Position numbers and translations under genes: made by a program. Positions 31,885-40,149 of a DNA stretch of 64,000 bases are shown one piece after another. Location: positions 1,450 through 65,449 of the IMG/VR virus record IMGVR_UViG_3300033146_000447, one strand, 5' to 3'. The stretch is from a virus. Lineage: Duplodnaviria > Caudoviricetes. The notes under the pieces are model-generated. The model saw nothing but the letters and a program-made list of their open reading frames with translations. It had not been told where the DNA came from and did not search any database. Each line of letters opens with the position of its first letter. The first letter of the stretch is position 1.

Positions 31885-32252
31885 TAGAATGGGTCATTTA
31901 TAATATTTATGACATGTGAGAGCGTTTGGAACCTATAAGACCAAAAGGGAGAAGTTGGAGATACCGCAACAGTAGTCCTATCGTTAATATCGCTACCTAG
32001 TTTACCATTTCTACCATAGTTGGTATAATGACAAGCTATTGCCTTAGTTATATTATCTTGCATGATTATGAAATCTACTTGTAAATTATATATACCTTGC
32101 AAGTATTCTAATATAAACGGATAAAGCGATATTGACTTATTACCTAATATGTCCTTTAAGACTAAACCATGTGTTTTCTGTAACCATGATTTAAACTCAT
32201 CTAAGAACTTAGGTTTAGTAGCTATGAAACTTAAGAACTCAGGACTAGTCAT
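31884..32252 (-). CDS. Hypothetical protein
   Basis: 122-aa coupled ORF. Confidence 0.65.
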   Translation of the reverse strand: MTSPEFLSFIATKPKFLDEFKSWLQKTHGLVLKDILGNKSISLYPFILEYLQGIYNLQVDFIIMQDNITKAIACHYTNYGRNGKLGSDINDRTTVAVSPTSPFWSYRFQTLSHVINIINDPF

Positions 32253-32673
32253 CTTTAGTCATATTACCTGTGAAATGAGCTACCCCATACGTTAATACCT
32301 CAGTGGGTATAAAGTATTCTACCTCATCTATAGTCTTTAAGTAACCTTTTAATCTAACATTTTCATAGAATAGAGAATACCTATCCTTTGTAATATCAGT
32401 AAACGGCATAGTGGACATAGTATCTAATAATACTTGTTTCTCTATGTTCATGTAAAGCGTAACATTAGGATAGTTAGCAAAATTAAAATACTTCTCAGCT
32501 TTAGGTATTGAATATTCATTAACACCTTGTTTAACTATTACATCATTCCAATCATTATACCTAGAAACAATAACTTTAATAATCGTTCTATCTAATGTTT
32601 TAGCTTTCTCCTTCTCTGTCATGACTCTCGCTCTAGAGAATACAGGAACATTAATATTTAATTCATTGCTCAT
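32245..32673 (-). CDS. Hypothetical protein
   Basis: 142-aa coupled ORF. Confidence 0.65.
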   Translation of the reverse strand: MSNELNINVPVFSRARVMTEKEKAKTLDRTIIKVIVSRYNDWNDVIVKQGVNEYSIPKAEKYFNFANYPNVTLYMNIEKQVLLDTMSTMPFTDITKDRYSLFYENVRLKGYLKTIDEVEYFIPTEVLTYGVAHFTGNMTKDD

Positions 32674-32693
32674 ACTAAATTATTAAAATTAAT

Positions 32694-32724
32694 AAAAGCA
32701 ATCCTATCATTACAATAGGATTGC
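32694..32724 (-). terminator. Intrinsic terminator
   Basis: GCAATCCTAT/ATAGGATTGC stem next to an A run. Confidence 0.65.
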
Positions 32725-32733
32725 ATACTTAAA

Positions 32734-33198
32734 TTACTTCAACTCTTTATTAAAGTCAATAGTCTTTTGCAGAGACTTGATATACTTCTGCTCATCTTTA
32801 ATAGCAACATCAAACGCATCATCAGCATTCGTAGCGTTAGTCTTAAGACTAATATACTTAGCTTCTAATGTAGCAATAGTAGCTAAGTACTCACTCATAT
32901 ATACCTCAATGTTAGCATTAGAACCTAATCTCTCTATGTCGACATTAGTACGTGCGTTCATGATGTCATCCTTAGCATCTTCTAACTTGATTGCGTAATC
33001 CTCTTTCGTGTTCTTACGATTGATTTTGATTACCTCAATGTTAGTTCTAGCATGTTCAATCTTACGATTGCTAGACTTCTCAATTGCCTTGAAGAACTTA
33101 GTAACTCGTCCTGCATCATCTAATTTGAAGATTCTCATAACCTCCTTAACAATAGCATATTCCATTATACCATTGTTCTCTTTTGCTTGTTCAGCCAT
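32734..33198 (-). CDS. Hypothetical helical protein
   Basis: 154-aa ORF followed by a terminator. Confidence 0.7.
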   Translation of the reverse strand: MAEQAKENNGIMEYAIVKEVMRIFKLDDAGRVTKFFKAIEKSSNRKIEHARTNIEVIKINRKNTKEDYAIKLEDAKDDIMNARTNVDIERLGSNANIEVYMSEYLATIATLEAKYISLKTNATNADDAFDVAIKDEQKYIKSLQKTIDFNKELK

Positions 33199-33236
33199 AA
33201 TCTAATTGTTTAATATGTATTAATAAATGTATAATT

Positions 33237-34871
33237 CTATTTAAAAGGGATGTCCATTAATAGGTCATCTCTATTATTCTTACGCGGTTTAGGAGTAGCC
33301 TTAACCCCTCCCATAATATTCCAATGAAACTCAGGTGACTGTGTAGCAGCATGCATGTTAGCACCTAAGCTAGCTAACATATCAGCCATATTAGTAAGTA
33401 CATCAATACCCTGTTTATCAGGATTAACATTCCACGCTCTACGCATGGCTTCCTCCATCTCAAGGTTATCCTTAAGTGTAAGCAATGCAGGAGCTCCTGT
33501 ACCAAACCCTGATATCATACCTGTTTTAGTTATAGGCATATCATCAGTTATAGTCCCATTAAAGCTAAATGCTAAAACCTTACTTATCTCTACAGCACTA
33601 CTATACCTCATAATAGGGTTAGCTTTCATATATAACAGGTAAGGTTTAAGTAGATTAGCATCAGCTACGAAAAACCCATGTTTATACTCTACATCCTCAG
33701 CTATCCATATATGCTCACCATTAGTTATAAGCAATCCATTACCCATATCTTTCTCAGTTATAACATACCCTTTATCATAAGTATGTATAGTCTTACCGTT
33801 ATATGTTTCTGAATACTTCTTAAAAGCTAGCATAGCATTACGTTTAAATGATAAGTCATTAGAGGGACTAGCCTTAGCTTCTTTAACTTTAGCTTCTAAA
33901 TCACTATACAGTAATATGATAGTCTTACCGTCATCCTTGCATGCTTTAGCAAACTCAGCTAATATATCAACATTAACAACCTTATACTCATAAGCAGTAT
34001 TCCCACTTTTTATAAAACTCCAATCTATATCATTCATTCGCCATACCTTAAAACCATTAGTTATAACTAATCCGCTATTAGCATCAGCTTTAGTCAACGT
34101 ATAACCTTTCTCATATGTATGAAATATACCATTAGTTGTTACACAGATAGACTTCTCATTTGGGGGCAGTGGTTCTAATCTAGACTTATCATTAACCTTA
34201 TCTGCAACATCAGTAAATAAGTTTAAATTAGCTAATTCTACATGACCTATCGTATTTAAATCAACCCATACCTCATTACCATTACTATTTATATAAGCCA
34301 GTGGTAGTAAACTTCTATAATCGGCATGTTCTATCCTTATTACCTTTCTTGCTTTACCTTCATGTTTAATAAATGAACCTATCTTAATCTTACTTCTAAT
34401 AGCTTTGATATTATCTAACACTTTTAAATCTAAGTGTATTAATTCCTTAGATATTATATACGTCTTCATATCTCCATCACTATCAACTATAGCACAAACT
34501 ACATTATCCTTAGTAGGATTATAGTAATCTTTAGAGTTTACTAACATTGCACCTTTACTCATGTATAAGTTAATAAAATAAGGAGGTATTTTAGTCTTAG
34601 TTATACCTTTTAACCTTAACTTAACAGCTTTATCAAACAGTTTAGGTGCTGTTACTATTAATAAACTTGCAGGTAGTCTAATATTATAAGCGTCATTATC
34701 TGATTCACCTATCATTATTGTACCATTCGGCCCAGTAGTAACTTTTACCACCAATGAGCCATTATTAAACCTAGTTATAAACCTATCGCGAGGTCTAGCC
34801 GTAAATTTACTATTTAAAAAGGTTTTTATATCGTTTCTATTCTTATATGTAACTGTGTCTCCTATTACCAT
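33237..34871 (-). CDS. Hypothetical protein with internal duplicated module
   Basis: 544 aa; two copies of HTY(E/D)KGY...GL.ITNG..(V/I)W. Confidence 0.7.
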   Translation of the reverse strand: MVIGDTVTYKNRNDIKTFLNSKFTARPRDRFITRFNNGSLVVKVTTGPNGTIMIGESDNDAYNIRLPASLLIVTAPKLFDKAVKLRLKGITKTKIPPYFINLYMSKGAMLVNSKDYYNPTKDNVVCAIVDSDGDMKTYIISKELIHLDLKVLDNIKAIRSKIKIGSFIKHEGKARKVIRIEHADYRSLLPLAYINSNGNEVWVDLNTIGHVELANLNLFTDVADKVNDKSRLEPLPPNEKSICVTTNGIFHTYEKGYTLTKADANSGLVITNGFKVWRMNDIDWSFIKSGNTAYEYKVVNVDILAEFAKACKDDGKTIILLYSDLEAKVKEAKASPSNDLSFKRNAMLAFKKYSETYNGKTIHTYDKGYVITEKDMGNGLLITNGEHIWIAEDVEYKHGFFVADANLLKPYLLYMKANPIMRYSSAVEISKVLAFSFNGTITDDMPITKTGMISGFGTGAPALLTLKDNLEMEEAMRRAWNVNPDKQGIDVLTNMADMLASLGANMHAATQSPEFHWNIMGGVKATPKPRKNNRDDLLMDIPFK

Positions 34872-34902
34872 AATATTTATCTTTAATTAGTTATTGTTTT
34901 CG

Positions 34903-34922
34903 TAGCTCCCCCGTCAGTAGAG
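34903..34922 (+). repeat. Dispersed motif copy (intergenic)
   Basis: TAGCTCCCCCGTCAGTAGAG. Confidence 0.9.
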
Positions 34923-34984
34923 AAGACACATTCATCTAGTATAATACTGCAATCGAATGCATACAACTTAATGGTATTATTAAT

Positions 34985-35037
34985 AGAGTAAGGCTATTTA
35001 CATAGCTTAACCATTAGGCATCAAATAGCCTTACTCT
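34985..35037. repeat. 15-bp perfect inverted repeat (RNA hairpin)
   Basis: AGAGTAAGGCTATTT ... AAATAGCCTTACTCT. Confidence 0.8.
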
Positions 35038-35078
35038 CAATTATTATTTATTCAGTAGGCTTTACGAACCTACATTTA

Positions 35079-35279
35079 TTAACACAAAGCAGGACATAAC
35101 CCTGCTCTATGTTTATACACTGCGTATAACTCTATGAGCATACTCAGTGCTACTACTAGCTCTATAATCTTGAACTCTCTCGTATCCAGTAACGGTATAT
35201 CGAATAAGAACTTACCGTAGTTCATTATCCAATTGAATACGAGGTCTATTAAGAATATAAAATAGAAAGTTATCCACAT
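35079..35279 (-). CDS. Small membrane protein
   Basis: 66 aa, two hydrophobic segments. Confidence 0.5.
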   Translation of the reverse strand: MWITFYFIFLIDLVFNWIMNYGKFLFDIPLLDTREFKIIELVVALSMLIELYAVYKHRAGLCPALC

Positions 35280-35336
35280 ACATCAACTCTTTAAGATTAA
35301 TAATTTATTTATTATTCGCCTTTTTACGTAACTCAC

Positions 35337-35522
35337 TTACGTAAGAGTTGAGATTTTAATAACTACACTCCCTATCAGTAAGTTTAGTAGCCCTCTCTCT
35401 ATATTACGTATCACAGGTAACAGCAATACTTTATAACCCTCGTACGCTATATCTATAAGCGGAGTCTCTAGGTATATTGCTATTACTAGTAATAAGAAGT
35501 TGATTAGTATTATCATCGGCAT
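35337..35522 (-). CDS. Small membrane protein
   Basis: 61 aa, hydrophobic. Confidence 0.45.
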   Translation of the reverse strand: MPMIILINFLLLVIAIYLETPLIDIAYEGYKVLLLPVIRNIERGLLNLLIGSVVIKISTLT

Positions 35523-35569
35523 TTGTTCTTAAGTTTATATTAAATATTTATATGTCTATGCAACACTAG

Positions 35570-35794
35570 TCAAGGAATACTACCAAACGGTAGCGTCACC
35601 TCCTTAGGTATTAACGGATTAATACGTTCTACTACAAGCCATTCGACTAATGTAGTATACGAAATCTTATCATTCTTATGTTCAAGATGTATAGTTGCGA
35701 ATGTATAACATGATGCACTAGTAGCTATTCTAGCATACCAACTCCAACCTCGATGTGAATGATAATGTCTCGTTATATGTAGAGCCTTACTCAC
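35570..35794 (-). CDS. Hypothetical protein
   Basis: 74 aa, coupled to upstream ORF. Confidence 0.55.
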   Translation of the reverse strand: MSKALHITRHYHSHRGWSWYARIATSASCYTFATIHLEHKNDKISYTTLVEWLVVERINPLIPKEVTLPFGSIP

Positions 35795-36038
35795 TAATAG
35801 TAGTTAAGGAGCGTTTAACTATAACTTCTTGTTTTGGTTTACGCTTACCTATACTCTTACGTCTAGGTTTAATAGTAGTATTGCTAAAACCATTACGTAC
35901 GCCACCAGCTTTAATAGCATGGTCAGCTTTCTGTCCATTACCTGTTCCGCTCTTAGTAGAGTTAGTACCTTTATTCTGCACACCATCGTTTTGACGGATT
36001 GCTCTCCTGTTTGCTGATTGGGGTCTTGCCTTACTCAT
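35787..36038 (-). CDS. Small highly basic protein
   Basis: 83 aa, K/R-rich, coupled to neighbours. Confidence 0.6.
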   Translation of the reverse strand: MSKARPQSANRRAIRQNDGVQNKGTNSTKSGTGNGQKADHAIKAGGVRNGFSNTTIKPRRKSIGKRKPKQEVIVKRSLTTISE

Positions 36039-36363
36039 TATCTTGCTTCTTTTTAAGTTCCTTAATAACTCGAATTGCTTGTTCTCTCTTTTCTGTTACT
36101 TGCTTATCACTAAGCTTACTAAGTCTCAGTTTAGTAGCATTACGTCTACCCATAGGTTGACCTTTAATATTAAACTGCTCGCCTTTAATCCTAGTCGAGT
36201 TATTAGACCCACCTACAGTTGTATATTTAACACCAAAGACTTTTACTTTAGCTCTATTAGTGAATATATACTCACCATCAGGCATCTTACCTGCTTTGAT
36301 AGCCTTCTTAAGCTGTTTAGCATTACTGCTTACAACTTTACCATCTTTTGTAATTACATACAT
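36031..36363 (-). CDS. Basic hypothetical protein
   Basis: 110 aa, A-rich leader. Confidence 0.65.
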   Translation of the reverse strand: MYVITKDGKVVSSNAKQLKKAIKAGKMPDGEYIFTNRAKVKVFGVKYTTVGGSNNSTRIKGEQFNIKGQPMGRRNATKLRLSKLSDKQVTEKREQAIRVIKELKKKQDNE

Positions 36364-36565
36364 AATTCTATTGTTTTAATTATTATTAAAAGCCTATACT
36401 CAGTTAAGGTATAAGCAAAAGTTACATTATTATAAAGAGTTACCTCAACTCAACACGTTGATACATTGCATCTTACCAAAGCTTACCTTTCACGAGTTAT
36501 GTGAATAGTATATTAACTGTCGTATCATAAAAGAACTTCTATGAGTGTGAGGCAACTCTTATTTA

Positions 36566-36757
36566 TTATATTCCTAAGATGTCATTTTCATCATGGAATC
36601 CGAAATAATCAGAATCTATAGTCTCTTCGTTGTAGGTCTTATTTACAAACCATATATTAAAGACTAATATTAGTAGTATTAGAACCGATATGGATATAAC
36701 CCCTAATAAGCTAATAGTCATATCGTTTATTGGTGTATTTATACTAGTATCCCACAT
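36566..36757 (-). CDS. Small single-pass membrane protein
   Basis: 63 aa, long hydrophobic helix and acidic tail. Confidence 0.55.
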   Translation of the reverse strand: MWDTSINTPINDMTISLLGVISISVLILLILVFNIWFVNKTYNEETIDSDYFGFHDENDILGI

Positions 36758-36932
36758 AACTTTCAGTCATTACTCTGTTGTTAGGCATACTACCTACAAA
36801 TAGTTTAGGGTTAGCCAACATATGTTGTGTGGCTCTATAGTTCTTATTAATATCTTTATCAGATATAATGTCTTGTTTTGCACACCTTCGAGCTTCCTGC
36901 TCTTCTAGCGTTAAATTGTTTCTTAGCTTCAT
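36744..36932 (-). CDS. Hypothetical protein
   Basis: 62 aa, A-rich leader. Confidence 0.55.
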   Translation of the reverse strand: MKLRNNLTLEEQEARRCAKQDIISDKDINKNYRATQHMLANPKLFVGSMPNNRVMTESYVGY

Positions 36933-37043
36933 TGTTGTTATTATTATTTAGTTGTTATTATACTTATTAGGCATCATGTATTAAAAAGCATGATAACACT
37001 TCAACATGTAATATTAAAACGTTACATGTTGAAGTGTTATCAA

Positions 37044-37370
37044 CTATTGCTTTTTGTAATCTTCAATCATTTTCTGAAAGTCTTGTATATCTTTTTCTGT
37101 GGAATTATACCTAAGCGTGTCCGAAAAATATATTCCCTCATCTCTCCCTGCATGTTCAGTATTTTCAATTAGTAAATCTATAAATTTACTTTTAGTAGGC
37201 AACACGTTGCTAACAAACTGTATAGGTAAATTTACCTTGCTCGTATTCAACTTCGCAGCTTGTTCGCTTTTGATTCTGTGCCATTCCATTACTTTTTCTG
37301 ACTTAATTTCATCTTCTCTGATGAAATCATCTATTAGTCTATCTTCGGGGTTATCGCTCACTTTTGTCAT
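37044..37370 (-). CDS. Cassette ORF 1, hypothetical
   Basis: 108 aa; stop abuts the cassette boundary; contains VNLPIQFVSN encoded by the attC-like arm. Confidence 0.65.
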   Translation of the reverse strand: MTKVSDNPEDRLIDDFIREDEIKSEKVMEWHRIKSEQAAKLNTSKVNLPIQFVSNVLPTKSKFIDLLIENTEHAGRDEGIYFSDTLRYNSTEKDIQDFQKMIEDYKKQ

Positions 37371-37441
37371 TTTATCTTCGTTTTAAATTATTACGTTATT
37401 TATTGGATAAATCTACCCATACAGCCATTCATTATACCACA

Positions 37442-37657
37442 TTAAGGTATAATATAGTTGTTATCGCATTTACTGCAATACTTAAGGTCATTGCTATTAT
37501 CAATTCCTTTTGTTGCTAATATAGGCTTATGTTTACATACAGGGCAAACAAAATGTATGTTACAGCAATCTTTAAATTCTTCTAAATAACGTGGTATAAC
37601 ATTAGATATAGCCAAATTGCCGTTCTCTGTATTTACATTCTTTTCTTTATTCTCCAT
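37442..37657 (-). CDS. Cassette ORF 2, Zn-ribbon protein
   Basis: 71 aa; CPVC...CSKC; GNLAISNVIP encoded by the arm. Confidence 0.65.
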   Translation of the reverse strand: MENKEKNVNTENGNLAISNVIPRYLEEFKDCCNIHFVCPVCKHKPILATKGIDNSNDLKYCSKCDNNYIIP

Positions 37658-37723
37658 TGTATTTCAATTTAAGTTATTTACTAATTTTATAGGGCAATCA
37701 GCCCATATCTAAACCGTTAGCAA

Positions 37724-38038
37724 CTATAAATTGCTTAACAGTTCATCTGCTAATTTATCGTAGTCTCCAATTTCTAACATTGTTATTTGTGGTCGGTTCA
37801 TTTTCTCAAACACTGCAATTAACAGTTCCCTGCGGTTGCTAACAACAGGTATAGTTAAGTTTGCTTCGTTTGTATTGTCTTTCGTGGTTAGTTCGCTTAG
37901 TAATCTTTCAGCAACTTTAAATCCTTCAATGAAACCATCTTTTACACTATTATAGTCGTGTGGGAAGTCGCTTTTAAATTCACAAACATTTGCATATTTT
38001 CTTGCTAAGTCTGTTATAAATTCTATTTTTGTATTCAT
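37724..38038 (-). CDS. Cassette ORF 3, hypothetical
   Basis: 104 aa; ANLTIPVVSN encoded by the arm. Confidence 0.65.
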   Translation of the reverse strand: MNTKIEFITDLARKYANVCEFKSDFPHDYNSVKDGFIEGFKVAERLLSELTTKDNTNEANLTIPVVSNRRELLIAVFEKMNRPQITMLEIGDYDKLADELLSNL

Positions 38039-38117
38039 TACGCTCTCAATTTAAGTTTATATCTCGTATTATCTTCGTAGGTCAATCAAAGGCAAACCTA
38101 ACTATACCTGTGGCTCG

Positions 38118-38432
38118 TTAGCCTTCATTTCCCAAAGCCCTATTTATTGCATCAAGCATTTCATCCAATACGGGTTTTGTTAAGTAGTTTCTTTCTCCAC
38201 TGCATCTGTAAGCAGATTGTAAAGCATCTAATAATTTAGGTGCATTTGCTATTAAGTTAGCATCAGCACGTTTATTTAAGCTTTCACAAACAATATAACC
38301 ACCATAATATCTTTTTTCAGACTCATAATCTTTTTCATTGTATGTTGGTCTCAATGTCTTTTCATCAGTAACTATATTGCTAAAATGATTACCTATTTTC
38401 CAGTTCCCTTTTGTTCCTTTAAATTCCTGCAT
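38118..38432 (-). CDS. Cassette ORF 4, common small phage protein
   Basis: 104 aa; FKGTKGNW...ANLIANAPKLLDALQ; TAA stop coincides with the TTA of the boundary core. Confidence 0.7.
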   Translation of the reverse strand: MQEFKGTKGNWKIGNHFSNIVTDEKTLRPTYNEKDYESEKRYYGGYIVCESLNKRADANLIANAPKLLDALQSAYRCSGERNYLTKPVLDEMLDAINRALGNEG

Positions 38433-38684
38433 CTTTCTAAGGTTTAAAACGAAAGCCTAACACTAAGTATAGCAAATAAGCTTTCTAAGTTTGTATTAAA
38501 TTATTAAATTCTATCTATGGTTTACATTACCATATTATTGTCGTTATACTTTATTAGTCATGTTAAACCCTGTAGCACTAGCATTATTACGGCAGTGATA
38601 GGACTACTAGTGACTACAGGGTAATGAAAATAACAACCGAACTATGAAGCTCGGTTATTATCTGAAACCATTGATGATTTGAAA

Positions 38685-38712
38685 TGACTATCCTCTTATG
38701 ACGGGGTAGCTA
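38685..38712 (-). repeat. Dispersed motif copy (intergenic)
   Basis: TGACTATCCTCTTATGACGGGGTAGCTA on + strand. Confidence 0.9.
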
Positions 38713-38728
38713 TCTTGAACAATCTTGC

Positions 38729-38830
38729 GTGAGAGGGAGTATCGCTACTCATTAATATAAACCTTGACTCATTGTCAGGAAATCTATGTTCGGTCTAGCC
38801 TGAACTCAATAGTTTTATTATACCTCTCAC
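38729..38830. ncRNA. Candidate four-way-junction structured RNA
   Basis: Closing stem GTGAGAGG/CCTCTCAC enclosing three small hairpins; intergenic. Confidence 0.35.
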
Positions 38831-38883
38831 TAATAGATAAGTCATAATTTATATGTTTATCTGTTTATTTATTAAATTAGTTA

Positions 38884-39267
38884 CTATGCTAATCTCTCTT
38901 CTATTAGCTTCTTAATATTCTCTAAGAGTTTAACTCTATAGTCTATTTCGTATATAGTCTGTTGCTTAAAGCTAGCAGTAGTATATTCTAATGATGTAAT
39001 ATCTATATACGAAGGATTATCCATTACTTCAATACCTGTATGTATATCCTTATTACTTGAATGTAACTTTATGAATCTATACAATATAGGAAATAGTTTT
39101 AAAGCTACTATGCTATTAGTCATACCCATATCGGATGTATATTTCCAAAACGCATGACATATGTAGTATGATACCTTACTATTAGCCATCTTACTTTCAT
39201 TCATATCATAGTAAGCTAGTAACCGCTTAACTATTGATAGTTCTTCCTTTAATGTTCTTACTTTCAT
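38884..39267 (-). CDS. Hypothetical protein (paralog of 40472-40840)
   Basis: Likely start MKVRTL at 39267 after an A-rich leader; the longer track start overlaps the tRNA-like element. Confidence 0.65.
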   Translation of the reverse strand: MKVRTLKEELSIVKRLLAYYDMNESKMANSKVSYYICHAFWKYTSDMGMTNSIVALKLFPILYRFIKLHSSNKDIHTGIEVMDNPSYIDITSLEYTTASFKQQTIYEIDYRVKLLENIKKLIEERLA

Positions 39268-39294
39268 AGGATTGTTGTTATTTATTAATATTAG

Positions 39295-39385
39295 AGGTAA
39301 GAACAGGATTCGAACCTGTAACCATAGTTGTCGATAACTACCGCTCAGCCATATGTGTTTACCCACCTTCGAGACGTATCTTACC
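39295..39385 (-). ncRNA. tRNA-like element / atypical tRNA
   Basis: 7-bp acceptor stem GGTAAGA/TCTTACC and canonical T-arm ACAGG-TTCGAAT-CCTGT; D and anticodon arms non-canonical; no CCA. Confidence 0.6.
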
Positions 39386-39388
39386 TTA

Positions 39389-39772
39389 TTATTTATTATC
39401 ATACCTAGACAGTAACCGTCTAGTTCTAGGATTACGAGTAGCTATCCACTTATCTAACTCCTTAATAGCTTTCTCTTTCTCTTTAACGTTAGCTATACTA
39501 TATGCAGCACGTCTACTCCCTTCACCTAAACATCGCAATATATCATTACCACTAATACACTTATGTCTATCTATATATGTATCAACTATTTGACGATATA
39601 TATTAACAGCCATATAGTTATTAGCGTGTGCTTTCTTATTCATAGTAAAGAACATTAACATTAACCCAAAGCATAGATGTGTATGTATAGTCTCGTATGA
39701 TATAAACTTACCACTCCATTCAGTCTCTATGCATCGTAGCTTTCGCTTCTTTATCTTCTTTATCTTCTTCAT
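39389..39772 (-). CDS. Hypothetical basic protein
   Basis: 127-aa ORF. Confidence 0.6.
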   Translation of the reverse strand: MKKIKKIKKRKLRCIETEWSGKFISYETIHTHLCFGLMLMFFTMNKKAHANNYMAVNIYRQIVDTYIDRHKCISGNDILRCLGEGSRRAAYSIANVKEKEKAIKELDKWIATRNPRTRRLLSRYDNK

Positions 39773-39777
39773 GATTA

Positions 39778-39966
39778 TTAAATATTACACATAACACGTA
39801 TATACTCTACTGCTTCATTCACATCTGCCCATTCATTTATAACACATGGTTGTATCTTACCATCATTATCTTTAAATTCTAGACCTTGTGAGTTATGATT
39901 AAACTCTATCCCGTTTACATTCATGAATGCTACGAGTTCATCTATTACTGCCTGTTTCTTACTCAT
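39778..39966 (-). CDS. Hypothetical protein
   Basis: 62 aa, A-rich leader. Confidence 0.6.
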   Translation of the reverse strand: MSKKQAVIDELVAFMNVNGIEFNHNSQGLEFKDNDGKIQPCVINEWADVNEAVEYIRVMCNI

Positions 39967-40149
39967 TGTTATTGTCTTTAAATGATTAATATTAAAGACA
40001 AGGAGAGGATATAGAAGTGATGAAACGAACTTATCCTGTAGTCTCCTTGTCTTATCTAATAAGGTATCCCACCTCTTTCGCTATAACGCCATATCCTATA
40101 AGGGAGCTATTATATCATGTAGCTGTTCACAAACTAGCTTAATTAGCAT

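Larger units (their letters stand above)
36991..38560. mobile_element. Integron-like cassette array (four cassettes, attC-like sites, no integrase in window)
   Basis: Each boundary core is near-complementary to a TAAC core inside the same unit: GTTATCAAC 37036 with GTTGCTAAC 37206; ATTATACCAC 37431 with GTGGTATAAC 37591; GTTAGCAAC 37716 with GTTGCTAAC 37835; GTTAGCCTT 38117 with AAGCCTAAC 38453. In units 1-3 the TAAC arm also pairs over ~20 bp with the sequence just before the next boundary. Confidence 0.7.

Noticed and set aside
32278-32290. Partial motif match AGCTACCCCA (also TGACGGGG at 1021 and CCCCGT at 27585)
   Set aside because: Only half the motif is present and can be explained by coding sequence
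39268-39402. N-terminal extension of the track ORF 38884-39402
   Set aside because: Overlaps the tRNA-like element; paralog alignment and leader context favour the start at 39267
39995-40053. Possible hammerhead ribozyme (TGATGA...GAA)
   Set aside because: Lacks the CTGATGA core, stem II and GAAA; treated as a plain hairpin
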